A stretch of 64,000 bases of DNA from Flavobacteriales bacterium (lineage in GTDB: Bacteria > Bacteroidota > Bacteroidia > NS11-12g > UBA955): assembly GCA_002737705.1 (NCBI GenBank), contig NSIM01000006.1, positions 11,002-75,001 of the forward strand. Direction: 5' to 3'. Position 1 is the stretch's first letter. Each line of letters starts with the position of its first letter. The position numbers were made by a program, and so were the translations under genes. Shown piece after piece: positions 9,074 to 19,191 of this stretch. A model generated the notes under the pieces. It saw only the letters and a program-made list of their open reading frames with translations. It searched no databases and was not told where the DNA came from.

Positions 9074-12000
9074 ATGTCAAATAATATCAACTATTGGAAA
9101 GGGGAGGATGAGTTGTCAAAAAGCAAGTCTTTTGTCAGTGCTCAAAAAAATGAATTTCACGATGATCTCCCTTTGGATGAAATTTTCAATGATGAGTCAA
9201 TAGAACTTAAGGCCAATCGCAGGGATTTTTTAAAATATTTCGGATTTAGTGTTACTGCAGTTGCATTGGCAGCGTGTTATAAAACAAAGATTCGGAATGC
9301 GATTCCCTATTTGGTTGAGCCAGAAGCTTCAGTATCTGGGGTGGCGAATTATTTTCGTTCTACCTGTGGGGCTTGTTCTTCATCTTGTGGTATCGAAGTA
9401 AAAGTCCGTGAAGGAAGGCCAATAAAAGTTGATGGAAGTATAGATTCTCCAATTTCACAAGGTGGAACTTGTTCGGTTGGCCAGGCTTCTATTCTTTCTT
9501 TATACGACAATGAGCGTTTGGCAAATCCATTGTTTGATGGGTTAGAGCAAAAAGACTGGGCATTTATTGATGCAGCTGTTTCAATTAAATTGAATGCGTT
9601 AAAGTCTTCCAATGCCAAAATTGTGTTGCTCAGCGGTTCTATTCATAGCCCCAGCACGCTTAAAAGCATAGAAAAATTTGCAAGTGCATTTCCAAGCCTA
9701 GAGCATGTTAGCTACGACGCAATTTCATACAGTGGTATCTTGGATGCCAATGAGGCAGATTTTGGTCAGCGGGTTATTCCTACTTATAAATTTGGCGAAG
9801 CGAAAGTAATTGTAAGTTTTGCTGCTGATTTTTTGGGAACTTGGATTTCACCGGTTGAATATTCTAAAGGCTATACCAAGCAACGTCAACCAGGTGTTGA
9901 AGGAGGGATGTCAAAGCATATTCAATTTGAAAGCAGTTTGAGTATGACCGGCGCAAATGCAGACCACCGTTTCCCCATGAGGGTTTCTCAAGAAGCCTTG
10001 TATGTTGCTTCATTGTACAATTATATCGCTATTGCAAACGGAATAAAGCAAATCCCTATTCCCCTGCAAGGCGAATTGGCTGGAAATGCAATCAAAAAAA
10101 CGGCTGAAGTTCTATTGAAATCAAAAGGGAAATCGCTTGTCATTTCTGGCAGCAATGAAACCGAGATTCAACAAATAATCAATGGCATTAATATGTTGTT
10201 GGGCAATTATTTGACCTCCATCGATTTGGCCAACCACAGCAACCAATTTCAAGGATCAGACACCAAGACTGCGGAAGTTCTAAAAGGGCTTAACAGTGGT
10301 GCCATTGGGGGCATACTATTCTATGGGGTTAACCCAGTTTACAACCACAACGGAAAAGAATGGGTTGCAGGCATCAAAAAAGCCAAATTGTCTATTTCCT
10401 TCTCATCTTCCCAAGATGAAACTGCCGCTGTTTGTAGTTTCGTTTGCCCAGACAATCATTATTTGGAAAGCTGGAATGATGCACAGCCTAGGAAAGGGGT
10501 ATATCATTTTACGCAGCCGACTATTTCCAATGTGTTCAATACCCGTCAAGCACAAATTTCATTGCTTACATGGGCCAATGCCCTGGTAGTTCTCGAAAAA
10601 GATCCCTTTGCATCAAAAGCCATTTTATCCCAAAAATTTCACGCATCTCCATTTTATAATTTCATGCGTATCAACTGGGCAGAGTTGCTTAGTTCGGATG
10701 AAAGCTTTAATGCAGTATTGGAAAAGGGGGTATTGTTAGAGGAGCCACTTGTCGGACTTTTTGCATACAAAGGCAAAGTGGATGGATTTGCGTCCTATGT
10801 ATCAGCGAATTCAAAAGTTTCGGGAATAGAAATGATACTGTATCAACCCGTTGGCATCAGGGATGGAGCCCACGGAAACAATCCATGGTTGCATGAAAAT
10901 CCTGACCCCGTGAGCAAGGTTTGTTGGGACAATTATATTGCATTGCCTAAATCACTGGCAGTTGGCTTGGAAATCACCGAAGGGGATACCGTAAATATTA
11001 CCGTCGGCAAGCAGATGTATTTGGGTGTTCCAACCATAATACAACCTGGACAGGCAAACAATACTGTTTCATTGGCTTTGGGCTATGGAAGGACCCATGC
11101 GGGAAAAGTAGGAGGAAGTATTGAAAAAGGAGTCGATTCCGTTGGCGTAAATGGATTTGCTTTTGCCAACAATACGGGGAATAGAAATTTTATAATCAAA
11201 AACGTAGAAATCAGTAAAGGAGACGATACCTATCAACTTGCCCAAACACAAACCCACCATAGCATTGAAGGTCGAGATATTCTTCGAGAATCTTCCTTAG
11301 AGGCGTGGAAAAAAAGCCCCAATGCGGGCAATGACAAGGCCAAGACCCATGTGTATACAATTTGGGAGAAACCAGAATATCGCAAGGATGGAGCACCAAA
11401 CCATTTATGGGCCATGGCCATTGACCTTAATTCTTGTACAGGATGTGGGTCGTGCGTTGTTAGTTGTTCAATTGAAAACAACGTTCCCATTGTAGGTCGA
11501 GAACAAGTTCGTTTGCGCAGAGAAATGCATTGGATTCGCATCGATCGTTACTACGCATTCCGCAGCAAAGAGGGCAATTTGACCCGCGAAGAAGAAATTG
11601 CGAACGAAGACAAAAAAGGGAATCATGATCACTGGCAAGATGTGGGTGTAATTTACCAACCGATGATGTGTCAGCATTGCGCAAATGCACCTTGTGAAAC
11701 TGTTTGTCCGGTATTGGCAACCACCCATAGTTCGGAGGGACTAAACCAAATGACCTATAACCGTTGTATTGGTACAAAATATTGTGGAAACAACTGTCCC
11801 TATAAGGTTCGCCGTTTCAATTGGTTTCGATTCAACGACAACGACGACTTCGATTTTAATTTCAACAATCCTTTGGGTAAAATGGTGATTAATCCGGATG
11901 TTACGGTAAGAACAAGGGGGGTAATGGAAAAATGTTCATTCTGTGTACAACGCATTCAAGAAGGAAAATTGTCTGCCAAACGGCAAGGGAAATCTCCAGA

Positions 12001-12193
12001 TCAAGTTGTAGTTCAAACCGCCTGTCAAAGGGCATGTCCAAGCAATGCAATTGTATTTGGCGATTTACACAACCCAGAAAGTGAAGTCAGTAAATTATAC
12101 AAAAATGAGCGTGGATTTACGGTTCTAGAAGAACTGAACATACAATCATCCGTAATGTATATGACAAAAATTCGCAATAACGATTCAATTTAA
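9074..12193 (+). CDS. actB: alternative complex III subunit ActB (Tat-exported molybdopterin-oxidoreductase-like domain fused to a 4Fe-4S ferredoxin-like domain)
   Basis: Twin-arginine signal RRDFLKYFGFSVTAVALAAC. Fe-S cysteine clusters CTGCGSCVVSC, CQHCANAPCETVCP, CIGTKYCGNNCPY and CSFC...C...CP. The track ORF starts at 9014 and overlaps actA. The ATG at 9074 (MSNNINYW) sits just after the actA stop. Confidence 0.85.
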   Translation: MSNNINYWKGEDELSKSKSFVSAQKNEFHDDLPLDEIFNDESIELKANRRDFLKYFGFSVTAVALAACYKTKIRNAIPYLVEPEASVSGVANYFRSTCGACSSSCGIEVKVREGRPIKVDGSIDSPISQGGTCSVGQASILSLYDNERLANPLFDGLEQKDWAFIDAAVSIKLNALKSSNAKIVLLSGSIHSPSTLKSIEKFASAFPSLEHVSYDAISYSGILDANEADFGQRVIPTYKFGEAKVIVSFAADFLGTWISPVEYSKGYTKQRQPGVEGGMSKHIQFESSLSMTGANADHRFPMRVSQEALYVASLYNYIAIANGIKQIPIPLQGELAGNAIKKTAEVLLKSKGKSLVISGSNETEIQQIINGINMLLGNYLTSIDLANHSNQFQGSDTKTAEVLKGLNSGAIGGILFYGVNPVYNHNGKEWVAGIKKAKLSISFSSSQDETAAVCSFVCPDNHYLESWNDAQPRKGVYHFTQPTISNVFNTRQAQISLLTWANALVVLEKDPFASKAILSQKFHASPFYNFMRINWAELLSSDESFNAVLEKGVLLEEPLVGLFAYKGKVDGFASYVSANSKVSGIEMILYQPVGIRDGAHGNNPWLHENPDPVSKVCWDNYIALPKSLAVGLEITEGDTVNITVGKQMYLGVPTIIQPGQANNTVSLALGYGRTHAGKVGGSIEKGVDSVGVNGFAFANNTGNRNFIIKNVEISKGDDTYQLAQTQTHHSIEGRDILRESSLEAWKKSPNAGNDKAKTHVYTIWEKPEYRKDGAPNHLWAMAIDLNSCTGCGSCVVSCSIENNVPIVGREQVRLRREMHWIRIDRYYAFRSKEGNLTREEEIANEDKKGNHDHWQDVGVIYQPMMCQHCANAPCETVCPVLATTHSSEGLNQMTYNRCIGTKYCGNNCPYKVRRFNWFRFNDNDDFDFNFNNPLGKMVINPDVTVRTRGVMEKCSFCVQRIQEGKLSAKRQGKSPDQVVVQTACQRACPSNAIVFGDLHNPESEVSKLYKNERGFTVLEELNIQSSVMYMTKIRNNDSI

Positions 12194-12213
12194 TTTATCA
12201 AAACAACATTGGA

Positions 12214-13563
12214 ATGATACACGATTCAATTCTTAGAGACAGATTGGTAACAGGCGATAAAACACCGTCCGATGTTACACGCGATATTTTGCGCCCCATT
12301 TTAAACAATCCCTCTAAATCCTGGAAAATTGGCTTCACTTTATCGGTTATATTTTTGGGAATTTTTGGAATAAGCCTCTTAAATACGTTGTGGAATGGTA
12401 TTGGTGTTTGGAATATCAATAAATCTGTAATGTGGGGTTGGGATATTACCAACTTTGTATTCTGGATCGGTATTGGTCATGCGGGTACACTAATTTCAGC
12501 AGTTTTATTGTTGTTTCGCCAAAAATGGAGAATGAGTATCAATCGATCTGCAGAAGCGATGACAATTTTTGCGGTTATCTGCGCTGCGATGTTTCCTGTT
12601 TTTCATATGGGTAGGGTATGGGTAGGGTATTGGGCATTGCCATTGCCAAATGCATTTGGCTCACTGTGGGTTAATTTTAACTCTCCATTGCTATGGGATG
12701 TATTTGCAATTTCCACATATTTTAGTGTTTCGCTTTTATTTTGGTATATTGGTTTGATACCAGACATTGCAACCATTAGAGACAAAGTAAGCTCTAAAGT
12801 CGGAAAGGCAATGTATGGTTTCTTTTCAATGGGTTGGACTGGCTCTACCAGAACATGGGCTCGTTATGAATTAATCTCATTGATTTTGGCAGGCTTGAGT
12901 ACGCCATTGGTTTTATCGGTTCATACCATTGTATCAACAGACTTTGCTACTTCATTGGTTCCAGGATGGCATACCACAATTTTCCCTCCGTACTTTGTTG
13001 CAGGTGCCATTTTTTCTGGGTTCGGCATGGTCGCAAGTCTTTTGGTTGTTGCCAGGAAGGTAATGAACTATGAAAATTACATAACCATTGGCCACCTGGA
13101 TGCGATGTGTAAAATAATTATGGTAACCGGGAGCATCGTGGGAATTGCCTATCTAACAGAATTCTTTATTGCATGGTATTCTGGTAATGAATACGAACAA
13201 TATGCGTTTGCAAATCGGGCATTTGGTCCGTATTGGTGGGCTTATTGGAGTATGATGAGTTGCAACCTAATTGCACCCCAAGTTTTTTGGTTTCGTTGGG
13301 CAAGAACAACCCCCTGGTTTATTTTTATTATGAGTATTGTGGTGAATGTTGGTATGTGGTTCGAACGTTTTGTGATCATCGTAACCTCTTTGCACAGAGA
13401 TTATCTGCCATCAAGTTGGGTTATGTATTCAGGCTCACTCACTGAGGTAGGGCTGTTTTTGGGCACGTTTGGTATCTTTTTTACTTTCTTTTTCTTGTTT
13501 GCGAAATTTTTGCCGGTCATTAATATGTCGGAGATAAAATCCATTATGCGCAACCGCGAATAA
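12214..13563 (+). CDS. actC: alternative complex III subunit ActC (NrfD/PsrC-like polytopic quinol-interacting membrane subunit)
   Basis: 449-aa multi-helix membrane protein immediately after actB. The NrfD-like family is inferred from position in the operon and topology. Confidence 0.8.
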   Translation: MIHDSILRDRLVTGDKTPSDVTRDILRPILNNPSKSWKIGFTLSVIFLGIFGISLLNTLWNGIGVWNINKSVMWGWDITNFVFWIGIGHAGTLISAVLLLFRQKWRMSINRSAEAMTIFAVICAAMFPVFHMGRVWVGYWALPLPNAFGSLWVNFNSPLLWDVFAISTYFSVSLLFWYIGLIPDIATIRDKVSSKVGKAMYGFFSMGWTGSTRTWARYELISLILAGLSTPLVLSVHTIVSTDFATSLVPGWHTTIFPPYFVAGAIFSGFGMVASLLVVARKVMNYENYITIGHLDAMCKIIMVTGSIVGIAYLTEFFIAWYSGNEYEQYAFANRAFGPYWWAYWSMMSCNLIAPQVFWFRWARTTPWFIFIMSIVVNVGMWFERFVIIVTSLHRDYLPSSWVMYSGSLTEVGLFLGTFGIFFTFFFLFAKFLPVINMSEIKSIMRNRE

Positions 13564-13588
13564 TCATGAACCTTTTTACAATAAAACA

Positions 13589-14158
13589 ATGGCAATTGTA
13601 GACAAAAAATTAAGTATCCGTAACCGAAATAAGATTTTGGTTGGTGTTTGGCAGGACGAGGACAATCTTGTGGCCGCTGCCACCGCTTTGACCCATGCAG
13701 GTATTCACATTCATGATATTTACACCCCTTACCCTGTTCATGGATTGGACAGAATAATCAATGCAAGGAGGAGTAAATTGGCGCGAATTGCTTTTTTCTT
13801 CGCGTTAATTGGATTAACACTGATGACGACCATGATTTGGTATATGTCTGTGTATGATTGGCCCATGAATGTTGGAAACAAACCCCTTCGGTTTACGCCC
13901 AGTTGGTCGCCCGTAATGTTTGAAGGAACTGTTTTGTGTACTGCCTTTGGCATGTCTTTTTTCTTCTTTTGGAGAAATCGTCTGGTTCATGGCATAAAGA
14001 ACGAACTTCTTGATATTCGCCAAACCGATGACAGGTTAATTGTCGCTATTGAAACAACAGCGGATATGGATGAAAAAGCCATATTGACAATGATGAAAAA
14101 AAATGGAGCCATTGAATTAAGGTCTTTTCACAAGGGTGTTCAAACGATATTGAAATAA
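13589..14158 (+). CDS. actD: alternative complex III subunit ActD (DUF3341-type membrane subunit)
   Basis: 189 aa with one or two TM segments. Identified by position between actC and the monohaem actE. Confidence 0.7.
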   Translation: MAIVDKKLSIRNRNKILVGVWQDEDNLVAAATALTHAGIHIHDIYTPYPVHGLDRIINARRSKLARIAFFFALIGLTLMTTMIWYMSVYDWPMNVGNKPLRFTPSWSPVMFEGTVLCTAFGMSFFFFWRNRLVHGIKNELLDIRQTDDRLIVAIETTADMDEKAILTMMKKNGAIELRSFHKGVQTILK

Positions 14159-14166
14159 ACAAGACG

Positions 14167-14811
14167 ATGAGCAACAAACTATATATTTTCTTCGGCACAA
14201 TTGCTGCATCAGCCATGATGAGCTCCTGTGTGAGCCGCGGCAACAATGCAGGGTGGGAATATGCCCCAGATATGTATTATTCTAAAGGTTACGAACCGTA
14301 TAGCCAGGTTGACAGCAATAAGGTAAATCCCTATGGCATGAATATGCGTGAACCCGTCCCAGGCACTGTAGCCATCGGCAAATTGGACTATCAATACGGT
14401 TTAGAAAATAATGGTAATGGGTATGAGGCATCCATTCATTTAAAGGCACCAACTAATTTATCTTATGTAGACGGTCAGGGAAAACACTTGTTCGAAATTT
14501 ATTGTGTAGTGTGTCATGGTAAATTGGGAAACAATGACGGCGAGGTGTTTAAGAAAGTTCCAACCTTGAAGCCTGGTGCATGGAAAGCCTATACCGATCT
14601 TTATATTAGAGAATTGCCAGAGGGAAAAATATACCATACCCTAACCTATGGTAAAAACAATATGGGTAGTCATGCCTCAGTATTAAGCCCAACTGAAAGA
14701 TGGAAGGTTATTGACTATGTGAAACAACTCAGCAGACAGGTATTTCCCAGTGCACCCGAAATGGATGTTCCTCCCTCTTCCAAAGCAAATAAAATTACCT
14801 CAACCAATTAA
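14167..14811 (+). CDS. actE: alternative complex III subunit ActE (monohaem cytochrome c, lipoprotein-type signal)
   Basis: Signal peptide with a Cys (AMMSSCVS). A single CXXCH (CVVCHGK) in a class-I cytochrome c context. Confidence 0.8.
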   Translation: MSNKLYIFFGTIAASAMMSSCVSRGNNAGWEYAPDMYYSKGYEPYSQVDSNKVNPYGMNMREPVPGTVAIGKLDYQYGLENNGNGYEASIHLKAPTNLSYVDGQGKHLFEIYCVVCHGKLGNNDGEVFKKVPTLKPGAWKAYTDLYIRELPEGKIYHTLTYGKNNMGSHASVLSPTERWKVIDYVKQLSRQVFPSAPEMDVPPSSKANKITSTN

Positions 14812-14814
14812 AAC

Positions 14815-16257
14815 ATGGGACACGGACACAATCATATTGAAGTGAAACAGGAGCAGTTTGTATTTTCTACCAAAGCAAAACGGTTTTCAATTATTTTGAT
14901 GATTGTGGGATTGGTTTTTGCAGGTATTGGAATTTTTACTTTGGGGGGTTTAGACAATTCTCATCCACCGGAATCTTCCAATGTTAATCATGAAACAGAA
15001 TCTTTGACTGCCCAACATCATACGAAACACGAACAAAATTCTGGGACGTTGGTTTCACAAACCAAAGAAAACCATTCAATTGGAGAAGAATCTCATGGCA
15101 ATGAACCGAATGAAGATTTTGGGCCACGCATGGTATTTCGCCCATCAGAAAAGCCCGCATCGACTCATATTTGGGCAAATTTGTTGATAGTGGGTTATTT
15201 TTTCTTAATGATTTCCTTGGCTTCTGTCATGTGGTATACCATTCAATACGTGGCGAATTCCGGATGGTCTGTGGCGATTAAGCGTGTTCCTGAAGCAATG
15301 ATGACCTTTATTCCTATTGGCTTTATTGTACTGATGATTGCATTGTATTTTGGCAAAAATGAAATTTACCATTGGGTTCATTATGAGCACTTGGGTTTGA
15401 AGCCAGGTGAAGCGGGATATGATAAAATTCTTGCTGGTAAATCAGGATTTTTGAACACTACTATGCTGTTTGCTTTTCCCACAGTTTTGGTGTCCATTTA
15501 TTATTTATTAATGAGAAAACTGCGCAGTTTGTCCGTTCAAGAAGATAGCGCTGCCAAAGGGGATGCGTCGTTTTTTAAACGAGGCATTCGATTTAGTGCT
15601 GTATATACTGTATTGTTTGGTTTTACGATGTCGGTTTTGGTGTGGTTTGTTGTCATGAGTGTTGATGCACATTGGTATTCCACAATTTTTGGTGTCTACA
15701 ATTTTATTACCCACTGGGTAACAAGTATCACCATCATCGCTTTTATTGTAGCCTATCTCAAAAAAGAAGGATACCTTGGGGTTGTAAGCAATGAACACAT
15801 GCATGATTTGGGTAAATTTATGTTTGCCTTTACTGTTTTTTGGGCTTACCTATGGTGGTCTCAATATTTATTGATTTGGTATGCACAAATCCCAGAAGAA
15901 ATGTCTTACTATCAACTCCGATTTGAAGACTATAAATTCAATTTTCTGTTAAATTTTCTTGTCTGTTTTGTTATTCCTTTCTTAGGATTGTTGATGCGTT
16001 CTGCCAAGAGAAATCGGTACGTATTGGGTATTATTGGAAGTATTATGATTCTTGGCCATTACCACGATGTATGGTTGATGGTTTTCCCTGGTATATTTGG
16101 ACCTGGAATGCAATTTGGATTCCTTGAATTGGGTATCTTCCTATTGTTTGCAGGAATCTTTATTTTTTGGGTATTCACGGCGTTAAGCAAACGGGGCTTG
16201 ATTGCAACCAATCATCCGTATATCGAAGAATCTGTAAACCATGATGTTGGTGTATAA
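14815..16257 (+). CDS. actF: alternative complex III subunit ActF (second NrfD-like membrane subunit), with a His/Glu-rich hydrophilic insertion after TM1
   Basis: 480-aa polytopic membrane protein. It is last in the act cluster and is followed by a strong terminator. Confidence 0.8.
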   Translation: MGHGHNHIEVKQEQFVFSTKAKRFSIILMIVGLVFAGIGIFTLGGLDNSHPPESSNVNHETESLTAQHHTKHEQNSGTLVSQTKENHSIGEESHGNEPNEDFGPRMVFRPSEKPASTHIWANLLIVGYFFLMISLASVMWYTIQYVANSGWSVAIKRVPEAMMTFIPIGFIVLMIALYFGKNEIYHWVHYEHLGLKPGEAGYDKILAGKSGFLNTTMLFAFPTVLVSIYYLLMRKLRSLSVQEDSAAKGDASFFKRGIRFSAVYTVLFGFTMSVLVWFVVMSVDAHWYSTIFGVYNFITHWVTSITIIAFIVAYLKKEGYLGVVSNEHMHDLGKFMFAFTVFWAYLWWSQYLLIWYAQIPEEMSYYQLRFEDYKFNFLLNFLVCFVIPFLGLLMRSAKRNRYVLGIIGSIMILGHYHDVWLMVFPGIFGPGMQFGFLELGIFLLFAGIFIFWVFTALSKRGLIATNHPYIEESVNHDVGV

Positions 16258-16275
16258 GGGTATTCCAATCCCAAT

Positions 16276-16308
16276 AAAAAGGCCATCCATTTAGGATGGC
16301 CTTTTTAT
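16276..16308 (+). terminator. rho-independent terminator (AAAAAGGCCATCC-ATTTA-GGATGGCCTTTTT, a perfect hairpin plus T-run) ending the act operon
   Basis: Perfect 13-bp inverted repeat read from the sequence. Confidence 0.8.
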
Positions 16309-16365
16309 TGGGCAAGAGAATAAAAATCCCATTTTTACCCGCCGAGAAATCGTAATTTTGAAACA

Positions 16366-18984
16366 ATGGATATTCATTCTATATACAAGCCTTCAGAGAT
16401 TGAAGACAAGTGGTATCAGTATTGGATGTCTAATAAGCATTTCCGTTCTTCTCCCGACGCACGTGAAGCCTATACAGTATTAATTCCTCCGCCCAATGTT
16501 ACGGGCGTGCTTCACATGGGACATATGTTAAACATTACGATCCAGGATGTGCTGGTTCGCCGTGCACGCATGTTGGGTTATAATGCCTGCTGGGTTCCTG
16601 GTACAGATCATGCCAGTATTGCCACTGAGGCCAAAGTCGTAAAACACCTTGCAGATAAAGGGATTTCTAAATCAATGATTGGTCGAGACGATTTCCTCAC
16701 CCATGCATGGTCTTGGAAAGAAAAGTATGGCGGAATTATACTTGAACAATTGAAGAAATTGGGAGCGAGCTGTGATTGGGATCGTACCAGATTCACAATG
16801 GAACCCTCTTTATACGAAGCTGTTATTGATGTTTTTATCGATCTATATGAGAAAGGACTGATATACAGGGGTACAAAAATGGTCAATTGGGACCCAGCAG
16901 GGCAAACAACCTTGAGTGACGAAGAGGTTGTTTTTAAAGAAGTAGCTGATCAATTATACTATATTCGATACATAGGTGTCGATTTCGATGGAGAATTGCT
17001 TGTAGCCACGGCAAGACCCGAAACAATTGCAGGAGATGTTGCGGTTTGTGTTCATCCACAAGATCTCCGATACAAAGAATTCATTGGTAAAAAAGTTCGT
17101 GTTCCGCTGATTGGCCGTGAAGTGGAAATTATTGCCGATGAATATATCGATAGAGAATTTGGTACTGGTGTATTAAAAGTAACTCCGGCCCATGATATTA
17201 ATGATTATAATATTGGCTTGCGGTTTAATTTACCTGTTATTGACACCTTGAATGCCGATGGCAGTATTTCCGATGAAGGGCAACTTTTTATCGGAGAGGA
17301 TCGATTTATTGCCAGAAAAAAATGGATTCTACAACTAAAACATGAGGGTTTATTGGCCAAACAAGAAAACCACATTCACAATGTTGGCTTTTCAGAGCGA
17401 ACCGATGCTGTGATAGAGCCACGCATTAGTACCCAGTGGTTTATGGATATGAAAAAATTCATGAAACGCAATCCCGAAGTACTTTCATCTGTTTTAAGCG
17501 ATAAAGTAAAATTTCATCCCCCAAAATTTAAAAATGCCTACCGTTATTGGATTGAAAACATAAAGGACTGGAATATATCGAGGCAACTCTGGTGGGGACA
17601 CCGTATTCCTGCTTGGTATAATCAACAGGGAGACTGGGTGGTTGCAAAAACCATAGACCAGGCCGTCCAAAAATTTGCCGACAAAGGGATAGCCTTGCAA
17701 GCAAAAGACCTTGGACAAGATTCAGATGTCTTGGATACTTGGTTTAGTTCTTGGCTATGGCCAATTTCGGTATTTGATGGCATTGGCGAAAATGCGAATC
17801 CAAAAGAACTTGATTATTATTATCCGAGTAATGATTTGGTTACGGGTCCAGACATCATGTTTTTTTGGGTGGCACGGATGATTATGGCAGGCTATGAATA
17901 CAAGAGACAAGCGCCATTTGGCAATGTCTATTTCACAGGTATTGTTCGTGATAAACAGCGACGAAAAATGAGTAAAAGTTTGGGGAATAGTCCAGAACCA
18001 TTAGACTTAATCCAAAAATTTGGTGCTGATGGCGTAAGGATGGGAATGTTGTTGTGTTCTCCTGCTGGAAATGAAATTTTATTTGATGAAAGTCAGGTTG
18101 AACAAGGCCGTAATTTTTGCAATAAAATATGGAATGCATTTAGGTTAATTCAGGGTTGGACAATCGTCGAAGAACCCCCAAATGAAGCGTCTATTCAAGC
18201 ATTAGCGTATTTTGAAATACGCTTACACACTGTATTGATTGAGAATGAGAAACTCTTTTCTGAGTATAGACTTTCTGAAGCATTGATGTCCATGTACAAG
18301 CTGATTTGGGACGATTTTTGTGCTATTTATTTGGAGGCTGTCAAGCCGCCTTTTGGTTTAGGTATAGAGAGACAAACCCTGGAGAAAACCCAATCATTAC
18401 TTAAAATCCTAATGGGAATGTTACATCCCTATATGCCATTTATTACAGAGGAAATATACCAGGAATTGCATAATGAGACACCCGTTAGGGCCTTGATTGT
18501 GAGTGATTATCCTCGACCGAGAATTGCCCATCGGCAAGAACAAGCATTGGAACCAATGCAATTGATTACTGAGATTCGAAATCTTCGCAGTGCAAAAGGA
18601 TTGTCTCCAAAGGAAACCTTAAAAATACATTTCCCTAAAGATGCATTTGTATTTCACAAAACAGGAGCATTGATAGAAAAATTGGCAAATGTTGCAATTC
18701 AAGAATCTGCCAATAATCTGGAAAGCGGGAGATTTCTTGTTCTGTTGATTGGCAAGTTTGAAGTTACCATTGAGATTGACCATAGCATTGACAAACAGAA
18801 ATCTGAATTACTCAAAGAACAGGCGTATTTCATGGGATTTATCAGCAGTGTATCCACTAAATTGGGGAATGAGAAATTTGTTCAAAATGCAAATCCTGCT
18901 GTAGTGAAGATTGAGCGGAAGAAAATGAAAGATGCCCAAGAAAAACTACAGATAATTGAAAATCAGTTAAATAGGCTGTCTTAG
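16366..18984 (+). CDS. valS: valine--tRNA ligase
   Basis: Class-I aaRS HIGH-region (PPPNVTGVLHMGHMLN) and KMSKS (KMSKSLGN) motifs. 872 aa with typical ValS architecture, including the C-terminal coiled coil. Confidence 0.95.
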   Translation: MDIHSIYKPSEIEDKWYQYWMSNKHFRSSPDAREAYTVLIPPPNVTGVLHMGHMLNITIQDVLVRRARMLGYNACWVPGTDHASIATEAKVVKHLADKGISKSMIGRDDFLTHAWSWKEKYGGIILEQLKKLGASCDWDRTRFTMEPSLYEAVIDVFIDLYEKGLIYRGTKMVNWDPAGQTTLSDEEVVFKEVADQLYYIRYIGVDFDGELLVATARPETIAGDVAVCVHPQDLRYKEFIGKKVRVPLIGREVEIIADEYIDREFGTGVLKVTPAHDINDYNIGLRFNLPVIDTLNADGSISDEGQLFIGEDRFIARKKWILQLKHEGLLAKQENHIHNVGFSERTDAVIEPRISTQWFMDMKKFMKRNPEVLSSVLSDKVKFHPPKFKNAYRYWIENIKDWNISRQLWWGHRIPAWYNQQGDWVVAKTIDQAVQKFADKGIALQAKDLGQDSDVLDTWFSSWLWPISVFDGIGENANPKELDYYYPSNDLVTGPDIMFFWVARMIMAGYEYKRQAPFGNVYFTGIVRDKQRRKMSKSLGNSPEPLDLIQKFGADGVRMGMLLCSPAGNEILFDESQVEQGRNFCNKIWNAFRLIQGWTIVEEPPNEASIQALAYFEIRLHTVLIENEKLFSEYRLSEALMSMYKLIWDDFCAIYLEAVKPPFGLGIERQTLEKTQSLLKILMGMLHPYMPFITEEIYQELHNETPVRALIVSDYPRPRIAHRQEQALEPMQLITEIRNLRSAKGLSPKETLKIHFPKDAFVFHKTGALIEKLANVAIQESANNLESGRFLVLLIGKFEVTIEIDHSIDKQKSELLKEQAYFMGFISSVSTKLGNEKFVQNANPAVVKIERKKMKDAQEKLQIIENQLNRLS

Positions 18985-19191
18985 TTCTTGCATTAAATAG
19001 AGTTTTTTACATTTTCAAGGTGTTAACAGCGGGGTCGGCCCTTGTCCAAGTTCTGTGTCTTGTGAAATAGGCGAATCAAACCGAATACCGATGGTGTCCG
19101 GTTGTTTTTAAAGTGGTACTTCCAGTCCCCATGATATACAGTAAAATCTAGGGGTTGTAAGCCGATGGATTTTACAATAGATCGAGAAAAG

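Noticed and set aside
10296-10589. A 97-aa alternative-frame ORF inside actB, and similar ORFs inside actB and actC on the minus strand
   Set aside because: They are nested in a conserved gene. No independent evidence supports them.
18985-19191. Intrinsic terminator or small RNA in the 207-bp convergent gap between valS and the PAP2 gene
   Set aside because: Only weak, large-loop hairpins (AACCG…CGGTT plus T-run) were seen. There are no convincing RNA-family motifs. It is left unannotated.
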